A model generated the notes under the pieces. The model searched no databases. It was given only the letters and a program-made list of their open reading frames with translations, and was not told where the DNA came from. From the NCBI RefSeq assembly GCF_046119375.1, contig NW_027362770.1, positions 187,550,001 to 187,614,000 of the forward strand: 64,000 nucleotides of DNA, read 5' to 3'. Positions 48,351 to 57,984 of the stretch are shown in pieces; position 1 is the first letter of the stretch, and the number at the start of each line of letters is the position of its first letter. Both the position numbers and the translations under genes were made by a program. The stretch is from Phyllobates terribilis. Its lineage: Eukaryota.

Positions 48351-50215
48351 GAGTGTGCTCACCTTATAGGCAGTCACAGACTGAGGTAGTGGAAGGGACA
48401 GGGTCTTCAGCTGCACAGAGTATTTCAGGAGGGCAGTATGCTGATCTTGTAGGAGGTCACAGCCTGTGCTTAGGTTCTCCGCAGCACAGAGTATTTCAGC
48501 TGAGGAATGTGTGAAGTCTTAGGGTGGACAATTCCTCAGTCCGGGTTGTTCCAGAACAAGCTGCACAGCAGCACAGAGTATTTCAGAAGGGAAGTACATG
48601 GTTCTTGTCGAGGAGGTGGTCAAGACCTGTGTTTTAGGTAAATTGATAGAGCACGGTTCTCAGCAGCACAGAGTATTTCAGCAGCAGTGTGCAGATCCGG
48701 CGTGCGTCAGGAGGTAGACACTTCCTCGTTATTCTGGGAATCAAATTTATGCAAATTATTTATGCAAATGATCAGCAGGAAACTCTATGGAACCATCATT
48801 CTCTGCTCAGGAATTGGTTGTATGTGGCGACTTACACCAGAAACAGCGCCCCCTCCTGTGCACAGGCAGGATGTGGTACTGCGGCCACGTAAGAATATTG
48901 ATGATGGTGGAGCTCGGTCTGGAGATTTTTTTTTGGGGAGGTTCGTGTTATTAAGATTTAATCAGAAACGGCTGATAACAGAGAGCGGTAGATGACTGTA
49001 AAGCAAATAGGAGTCACCGGCAGAGACGCCTTCAAGTTAAACATAAGCTTTTATTACAGTCAGATATAGACGGACGCGATAACATCTGCTCGTATACTTT
49101 ATAGTGTTATAACGACCTCCGGGGGCCGCGCCTCCCTCCCCCGATAACGTGCGGAGTCAGTGCCGCGTCACCTGCACCCCCCCACGATCATCATAAATAA
49201 ACATACAAAACAAGAAGCATAAATATCAGCAGAAGATGCAGCCGCCCCCCCAGCACAAGACCACCCCCGCGGCTGCTGGCCCTTTAAATAAAAAAAAAAA
49301 TAATTATCAGTGAGTCGCCCCCTGCTGGAAAGTTTCTAAAAACTTTTAATAAACTTTTGATTGCAGAGGACGACCCCAGGGCTGGACATATTTCTTATTT
49401 TTAGGGCACAAATGTTTTATTCCAACCCCCCCAACACTGACTAAGACCCGAGCCATCCGTAGGCACAGCCCGCCCCCTCCAGAACCCAGCTGGCACGTAA
49501 ACTGGAAATACTGGTATAGAAAACTAGACCTTATGGGGTTTTGTTTTGTTTTTTCGTAAAACTTTTCTTTTTTTCACACTTTAAAATAGAAAAATTTGTA
49601 TAAAAAGTAACAGCGCCGTGAATCGTATAGTATAAAAACTGCAAAGGGTTAAAAAAAAACAAAAAAAAAACAGCGCCACTCTCAGCCAAGTGGATGCGTC
49701 TGGTATTGCAAGCTCTGCTGCATAAAATGGGACTGAGCTGCAATACCAGAAGCTGCCACATGAGGCGAGTAACAAAAAAAAAACCCCCAAATCCCAACAG
49801 CTCCACACTCCTCCAAGTGGCCGTACGGGGTACTGCAGCTCAGTCTGAAAATTGGATGCAATTTTTTACATCATAATAAAAAATACAGACAACGTTGTCT
49901 TTAAACAACTCGTCCCACCCCTTTAATTATGGCAGTACAACGCATTGTATAATTTGGCGCTGCTCAATGCACTCCCCCTCTGCAGCCACTAGAGGGCGCT
50001 GTGGTACAAATGTTATTAGTCACTGACTAAATACTACCCATAGAGGCACCAACGCTCTCCGCTGCGCAGACGCGCTACAAACGGCTGGCGGTCATTTTTA
50101 TTATCACTTTTAAAGGCACGGTCTCCCCTCCCCCCGAACCCGGAGCGCAAAAACAGTGACGCAAAAAATAACAATCGCAAACACAAGGAATAAAAATGGC
50201 GGCCGGAGCGCGGAG

Positions 50216-53200
50216 TCACACGTTGGAGTCGTCGTCTGTGATGCTGGCGCTGGGGGATCGGGCGGAGTATCCCGGAACATGTCGTCTTCCTTCAGCATGT
50301 GCTGCGGGGAGGGAGACAAGAGTGTGAACGCAGCTCTGGATGTGAGTGGAGGATAGAATGTAAGAGACACGGAAAAAAGAGAGTGTGACGTATGATAGCG
50401 GGAATAATACCGTCAGGTTATTGATGCCTTCAGAAAACGCCCCGATCTGCCGCACTGTTCCCTCCGAGTCTTCCATCTAACAGGAGAAAGACCGCAACGT
50501 TATCCATAGGGGGCAGTATAATAGCAGTTATATTCTTGTACATAGGAGCAGTATTATAGTAGTTATATTCTTGTACATAGGGGCAGTATTATAGTAGTTA
50601 TATTCTTGTACATAGGGGCCAGTATTATAGTAGTTATATTCTTGTACATAGGGGCCAGTATTATAGTAGTTATATTCTTGTACATAGGGAGCAGTATTAT
50701 AGTAGTTATATTCTTGTACATAGGAGCAGTATTATAGTAGTTATATTCTTGTACATAGGAGCAGTATTATAGTAGGTATATTCTTGTACATAGGGGGCAG
50801 TATTATAGTAGTTATATTCTTATACATAGGGGCAGTATTATAGTAGTTATATTCTTGTACACAGGAGCAGTATTATAGTAGTTATATTCTTGTACACAGG
50901 AGCAGTATTATAGTAGTTATATTCTTGTACATAGGGGGCAGTATTATAGTAGTTATATTCTTGTACACAGNNNNNNNNNNNNNNNNNNNNNNNNNNNNNN
51001 NNNNNNNNNNNNNNNNNNNNNNNNNNNNNNNNNNNNNNNNNNNNNNNNNNNNNNNNNNNNNNNNNNNNNNTCTTAAACTCTTCTTCCGGGAGGTCGTCCT
51101 CCTGGTTTAGGGTGGTGGACTGACTCCTCTTCAGCCTGGAAAAGGCAAAATTAGAAACAAGTCACATTCTGACCCCCATAAAAGTCCCCAGAGGGGCAAC
51201 AAGGACTATAGGCCGACGGTTCTCACCTCCCGAATAACTTCTTAATCCCGCGCGGCTTCTTCTTAGAGTCCGGAGAAGATGGCGAGCTGTGGCTGCTTCC
51301 ACCGTCCGACGAGCGAGGAGACACCGCCAGGTCCAGGTGGTCGGCTGAGCCCTTTTCTGCCTCTGCTGCAACATTTAACAGTGTCATTAATGATTTCACA
51401 AAATGATTCCCGCTCTGCCATTCTTAGGGCTTGAATCAGCAAACCCCCCCCCCCCCCCAAAAAAAAAAGTAACTTTCCTGCACCTTCCTGATACTGAGCG
51501 ACCCAAAATGCTGACCCCAGCTGAAAAAAAAAAAAAAAAAACGGGCCAGCCACAGGCTTGGAAAAAAATAGTGCTGATCACAGTCTAGGGGGGAAAAAAA
51601 GGGTGCTGATCACAGTCTAGGGGGAAAAAAAAGGTGCTGATCACAGTCTAGGGGGAAAAAAAAGGTGCTGATCACAGTCTAGGGGGAAAAAAAGGTGCTG
51701 ATCACAGTCTAGGGGAAAAAAAGGTGCTGATCACAGTCTAGGGGGAAAAAAAGGTGCTGATCACAGTCTAGGGGGAAAAAAAAGGTGCTGATCACAGTCT
51801 AGGGGGAAAAAAAAGGTGCTGATCACAGTCTAGGGGGAAAAAAAAGGTGCTGATCACAGTCTAGGGGGAAAAAAAGGTGCTGATCACAGTCTAGGGGGAA
51901 AAAAAGGTGCTGATCACAGTCTAGGGGGAAAAAAGGTGCTGATCACAGTCTAGGGGGAAAAAAAGGTGCTGATCACAGTCTAGGGGGAAAAAAAGGTGCC
52001 GATCACAGTCTAGGGGGAAAAAAAGGTGCCGATCACAGTCTAGGGGGAAAAAAAAGGTGCTGATCACAGTCTAGGGGGAAAAAAAGGTGCTGATCACAGT
52101 CTAGGGGGAAAAAAAGGTGCTGATCACAGTCTAGGGGGAAAAAAGGTGCTGATCACAGTCTAGGGGGAAAAAAAGGTGCTGATCACAGTCTAGGGGGAAA
52201 AAAAGGTGCTGATCACAGTCTAGGGGGAAAAAAAGGTGCTGATCACAGTCTAGGGGGAAAAAAAAGGTGCCGATCACAGTCTAGGGGGAAAAAAAAGGTG
52301 CCGATCACAGTCTAGGGGGAAAAAAAAGGTGCCGATCACAGTCTAGGGGGAAAAAAAAGGTGCTGATCACAGTCTAGGGGGAAAAAAAGGTGCTGATCAC
52401 AGTCTAGGGGGAAAAAAAAGGTGCTGATCACAGTCTAGGGGGAAAAAAAGGTGCTGATCACAGTCTAGGGGGAAAAAAAGGTGCTGATCACAGTCTAGGG
52501 GGAAAAAAAAAGGTGCTGATCACAGTCTAGGGGGAAAAAAAGGTGCTGATCACAGGCTGGGGGAAAAAAAGGTGCTGATCACAGGCTGGGAGAAAAAAAA
52601 GGTGCTGATCACAGTCTAGGGGGAAAAAAAGGTGCTGATCACAGGCTGGGAGGAAAAAAAAGGTGCTGATCACAGTCTAGGGGGAAAAAAAGGTGCTGAT
52701 CACAGTCTAGGGGAAAAAAAAAGGTGCTGATCACAGTCTAGGGGGAAAAAAAAGGTGCTGATCACAGTCTAGGGGGAAAAAAAGGTGCTGATCACAGTCT
52801 AGGGGGAAAAAAAAGGTGCTGATCACAGTCTAGGGGGAAAAAAAGGTGCTGATCACAGTCTAGGGGGAAAAAAAGGTGCTGATCACAGTCTAGGGGGAAA
52901 AAAAGGTGCTGATCACAGGCTGGGGGAAAAAAAGGTGCTGATCACAGGCTGGGAGAAAAAAAAGGTGCTGATCACAGTCTAGGGGGAAAAAAAAGGTGCT
53001 GATCACAGTCTAGGGGGAAAAAAAAGGTGCTGATCACAGTCTAGGGGGAAAAAAAGGTGCTGATCACAGTCTAGGGGGAAAAAAAGGTGCTGATCACAGT
53101 CTAGGGGGAAAAAAGGTGCTGATCACAGGCTGGGGGAAAAAAAGGTGCTGATCACAGTCTAGGGGGAAAAAAAGTGCCGGCCACAGGCTGGAAAAAAAAT

Positions 53201-56200
53201 AAAGTGGCGATCACAGGTTGGAAAAAAAATAAAGTGCCGGCCACAGGCTGGAAAAAAAATAAAGTGCCAGCCACAGGCTGGAAAAAAAATGAAGTGCCGG
53301 CCACAGGCTGGGGAAAAAAAAAATGAAGTGCCGGCCACAGGCTGGAAAAAAAATGAAGTGCCGGCCACAGGCTGGGGAAAAAAAAATGTCCATCAGATGC
53401 CGGAAAACAGCGGGCTAATATGTGCCATTATCCTGCTTCCTTATCGCAGAGCAGAAATTGTCAGCACCGAGTGCACTCGGCTGCACTGCATTGTGGGAGA
53501 TGTATATGCTGTGCAGTATGCAGTGCTCTGATGCAAGAAAAAAAACTACAAAATCTCCCAAAAAGGTTTGGCAGAAAGTAAGGCATTATAGGATGTCAGC
53601 TCAGCAGTTAGCAATGCCCGGCAGCAGAATTATGAATGCAGCTCTGGAGTATAAGCAGGAAGATTAAAGGTGAGGTGACCTGTAAAAATCTCTCAATATG
53701 ATGAGGATTAAACAGGGACAGGATGAAACTCATCAAATACACACAACATATACCTAATAAATACTAATAGAGGATCACTAGGTCGAAAGTCCATATATTA
53801 TAATAGCACGGGAGTATTATAAGGCGAGCGGCCGATATCGGCCCTGGAGATACATCTGACAAAGTAGTGATCACAGGACAGCCATTTTCCCAAAAATAAT
53901 GAAAAATAAAAAATTGATTTGTAATTGTGCCAACTTGTAATGAGTCACTGTGAACACCAGATGGCGCCAGATTAGGGCAAAGAATAGGGAACAGGTTAGT
54001 ACATGGAGGGCACACGGGGGAGTGATGACGCTCTATGTACGGGGAGATATATGTTTAGCGAGGCGGCACAAGGTGATGGTTAGAGGATGATGGGGGGCAC
54101 AGCACGCCGGGGGAAGGAGGGGCAGGGATTTGGGACGGACATGCAGTTTTACCGTACCTAAAGTGGGGGCGCTCGCACTTCGACTGCGATCTTCAGGTTC
54201 CCAATACATTGCAGAAAATCGAAGGTGGAGAAGGTGCAGAGAGACATTTATTATACTGAAAGAGAACAGCAGGGGGAGCAAGAGACACAAAACACAGAGC
54301 CCCCTGATATAAGGAGATAGGAAATACACAGGGAAGTGAGCAGGCAGCGGGAGGCGCTGCAGTGCTGGATCCCACGAGGGGTTAATCACGAGCGCGTCTG
54401 TACTTCAGGGGGGTCGCGGGTCCGGTTGGCTGAACGTGGAGTCCGCATACCTAGATTCGGGGTGCTTGATGTCTTCTTGTTGGGATTTTTCAGCTTGAAG
54501 AAACCTCGGCCGAACGACGATCTCGCTTTGCGGCTGCCAAAAGCCTCCTCCTCAGGGGTCACCGCGTGTGCCGGGGGTCGGGGCGGCAGAGTCTCAAACT
54601 TTCCAGAGTCAGGAGATGTCGGCTTCTATATGGGGGATCAAGAGGCTCTGTATTAATAAAGGATCTCAGCTGTGCGTGCCTGCCTATCTAGTCTCCAGCA
54701 GCAGAACAGAGGCGGCTACCTCTACTGGTCACTTCACTCTTCGCAGCAGGCTCAAAAGTGAGATGTTACAACAGGAAGTGAATGTTTATTCTGCTGACCC
54801 CTACAGGTCAAAATGAAGATGGCAGCATTGCGGAAGGCGCGGGGGGGACGGAGGGCACCTCGGAAGGCGCGGGGGGGACGGAGGGCACCTCGGAAGGCGC
54901 GGGGGGGACGGAGGGCACCTCGGAAGGCGCGGGGGGACGGAGGGCACCTCGGAAGGCGCGGGGGGGACGGAGGGCACCTCGGAAGGCGCGGGGGGGACGG
55001 AGGGCACCTCGGAAGGCGCGGGGGGGACGGAGGGCACCTCGGAAGGCGCGGGGGGGACGGAGGGCACCTCGGAAGGCGCGGGGGGGACGGAGGGCACCTC
55101 GGAAGGCGCGGGGGGGACGGAGGGCACCTCGGAAGGCGCGGGGGGGACGGAGGGCACCTCGGAAGGCGCGGGGGGGACGGAGGGCACCTCGGAAGGCGCG
55201 GGGGGGACGGAGGGCACCTCGGAAGGCGCGGGGGGGACGGAGGGCACCTCGGAAGGCGCGGGGGGGACGGAGGGCACCTCGGAAGGCGCGGGGGGGACGG
55301 AGGGCACCTCGGAAGGCGCGGGGGGGACGGAGGGCACCTCGGAAGGCGCGGGGGGGACGGAGGGCACCTCGGAAGGCGCGGGGGGGACGGAGGGCACCTC
55401 GGAAGGCGCGGGGGGACGGAGGGCACCTCGGAAGGCGCGGGGGGGACGGAGGGCACCTCGGAAGGCGCGGGGGGGACGGAGGGCACCTCGGAAGGCGCGG
55501 GGGGGACGGAGGGCACCTCGGAAGGCGCGGGGGGACGGAGGGCACCTCGGAAGGCGCGGGGGGGACGGAGGGCACCTCGGAAGGCGCGGGGGGACGGAGG
55601 GCACCTCGGAAGGCGCGGGGGGGACGGAGGGCACCTCGGAAGGCGCGGGGGGGACGGAGGGCACCTCGGAAGGCGCGGGGGGACGGAGGGCACCTCGGAA
55701 GGCGCGGGGGGGACGGAGGGCACCTCGGAAGGCGCGGGGGGGACGGAGGGCACCTCGGAAGGCGCGGGGGGGACGGAGGGCACCTCGGAAGGCGCGGGGG
55801 GGACGGAGGGCACCTCGGAAGGCGCGGGGGGGACGGAGGGCACCTCGGAAGGCGCGGGGGGGACGGAGGGCACCTCGGAAGGCGCGGGGGGGACGGAGGG
55901 CACCTCGGAAGGCGCGGGGGGACGGAGGGCACCTCGGAAGGCGCGGGGGGGACGGAGGGCACCTCGGAAGGCGCGGGGGGGACGGAGGGCACCTCGGAAG
56001 GCGCGGGGGGGACGGAGGGCACCTCGGAAGGCGCGGGGGGGACGGAGGGCACCTCGGAAGGCGCGGGGGGGACGGAGGGCACCTCGGAAGGCGCGGGGGG
56101 ACGGAGGGCACCTCGGAAGGCGCGGGGGGGACGGAGGGCACCTCGGAAGGCGCGGGGGGGACGGAGGGCACCTCGGAAGGCGCGGGGGGGACGGAGGGCA

Positions 56201-57643
56201 ACTCGGAAGGCGCGGGGGGACGGAGGGCACCTCGGAAGACGGGGGGGGGACGGAGGGCACCTCGGAAGACGGCGGGCGCCTCGGAAGACGGGGGGGGGGC
56301 GGGCACCTCGGAAGACGGGGGGGGGGGGGGGACGGCGGGCACCTCGGAAGACTGGGGGGGACGGCGGGCGCCTCGGAAGACTGGGGGGACGGCGGGCGCC
56401 TCGGAAGACGGGGGGGGGGGGGGCGGCGGGCACCTCGGAAGACGGGGGGGACGGCGGGCACCTCGGAAGACGGGGGGGGGGGGGACGGAGGGCACCTCGG
56501 AAGACGGGGGGGGGACGGAGGGCACCTCGGAAGACGGGGGGGGGGGGGCGGAGGGCACCTCGGAAGACGGGGGGGGGGGGGCGGAGGGCACCTCGGAAGA
56601 CGGGGGACGGGGACGGAGGGCACCTCGGAAGACGGGGGGGGGGGGGGACGGAGGGCACCTCGGAAGACGGGGGGGGGACGGAGGGCACCTCGGAAGACGG
56701 GGGGGGGGGGACGGAGGGCACCTCGGAAGACGGGGGGGGGGACGGAGGGCACCTCGGAAGACGGGGGGGGGGGGGAGGAGGGCCACCTCGGAAGACGGGG
56801 GGGGGGGAGGAGGGCACCTCGGAAGACGGGGGGGGGGGGAAGGAGGGCACCTCGGAAGACGGGGGGGGGACGGAGGGCACCTCGGAAGACGGGGGGGGGG
56901 ACGGAGGGCACCTCGGAAGACGGGGGGGGGGACGGAGGGCACCTCGGAAGATGGGGGGGGACGGAGGGCACCTCGGAAGACGGGGGGGGACGGAGGGCAC
57001 CTCGAAGACGGGGGGGGACGAAGGGCACCTCGGAAGACGGGGGGGACGGAGGGCACCTCGGAAAACGGGGGGGGGCGGAGGGCACCTCGGAAGACGGAGG
57101 GCACCTCGGAAGACGGGGGGGGGGGGGACGGAGGGCACCTCGGAAGACGGGGGGGGGGGGGGACGGAGGGCGCCTCTGAAGACGGCGGGCACCTCGGAAG
57201 ACGGGGGGGGGGGGGGGGGACAGCGGGCACCTTGGAAGACGGGGGGGACGGCGGGCACCTCGGAAGACGGGGGGGACGGCGGGACCTCGGAAGACAGGGA
57301 CGGCGGAAGACAGGGATGAGATTGGCCCTGCCGGCTGCAGGTGACGGAGGAGTGGGAGGGGATGGCACCGCTAGCATACAGGTAATTGGGGGGAGGGGTA
57401 CAGTGTGTAGGGGATGGGGGTAGCAAGTAAGGAATGGTCTGCAGAGCGGCTGCCTATCTGGGCAGATAATGACAGAGCGCGCTCAGCAGTGCAGGGTATT
57501 TATATCTCTGTCGCCCCTGGGAAGCTGTAATTACTCTGGGAAGCCATCATTACACTCCTCCTGCGCACAGCGGAGACGTGACGCTCACCCGCTCCGGAGT
57601 CTTCTTCAAGTTGTCTAAGCTGCTCGACTTCTTCACAGGAGAC
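50216..57643 (-). CDS. ppfibp1: Liprin-beta-1 (PTPRF-interacting protein binding protein 1), partial; SAM-domain exons missing in gap, 5' exons beyond window
   Basis: GT-AG exons: 57589-57643 (SPVKKSSSLDNLKK), 54451-54625 (FETLPPRPP...RKARSSFGRGFFKLK...TSSTPNL), 54158-54190 (DRSRSASAPTL), 51227-51365 (AEAEK..DHLDLA..SPDSKKKPRGIKKLFGR), 51071-51135 truncated (LKRSQSTT..EFK), 50411-50476 (MEDSEGTVRQIGAFSEGINNLT), 50216-50301 (HMLKEDDMF..ARSPSASITDDDSNV*, one 1-nt deletion). All match recalled human PPFIBP1. Confidence 0.93.
50507..50970. repeat. 35-bp GCAGTATTATAGTAGTTATATTCTTGTACATAGG satellite running into the gap
   Basis: Same family as 18540-24091. Confidence 0.95.
50971..51070. other. Assembly gap (100 N placeholder)
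   Basis: Run of exactly 100 N; interrupts a ppfibp1 exon at 51071. Confidence 0.99.
51575..53390. repeat. 29-31-bp minisatellite (AGGTGCTGATCACAGTCTAGGGGGAAAAAA)n in ppfibp1 intron
   Basis: About 55 copies, ending in related GTGCCGGCCACAGGCTGGAAAAAAA units. Confidence 0.96.
54825..57290. repeat. ~29-bp GC-rich minisatellite (GGACGGAGGGCACCTCGGAAGGCGCGGGGG)n, then a CTCGGAAGACGGGG variant, in ppfibp1 intron
   Basis: Visible period; almost stop-free on both strands, giving five 770-870 aa spurious ORFs. Confidence 0.97.
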
Positions 57644-57984
57644 CTAAACCAGAGAGCAGCGTCACACAGAGCGGACCCTCCACCGCACAGATCTCCCCCC
57701 ATCCTGTATCTCCTGTTCCCTGTTATCTGCCACCTCTATCCGCCCTCCTTTATCTCACATCTCCAGATACATTTACATCTAGATCTGACGCTGATATCAG
57801 CCGGAAAAAGCCGGATCTAAAGAAATAACAGTGCCGAGATCAGCGGCCGATCCACCGAGATCTCACCGCGGGAAGGAAAGGTCTAATGTGGAGGCGACAT
57901 GTGCAGATAACAGACCACCGAACATCAGAGCGCGAGCGACCCCCAATATACACCAGACCCCGGGCAACTCCACAACAGCATACA

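Noticed and set aside
54752-57426. Five overlapping 770-870 aa Pro/Arg/Gly-rich ORFs
   Set aside because: A GC-rich tandem repeat lacking stop codons in most frames; lies inside a ppfibp1 intron.
57867-57882. Possible 16-nt ppfibp1 microexon (AG|ACCTTTCCTTCCCGCG|GTGAGA) whose end phase fits the next exon
   Set aside because: No recognisable homology and the upstream exon is outside the window; needs junction reads.
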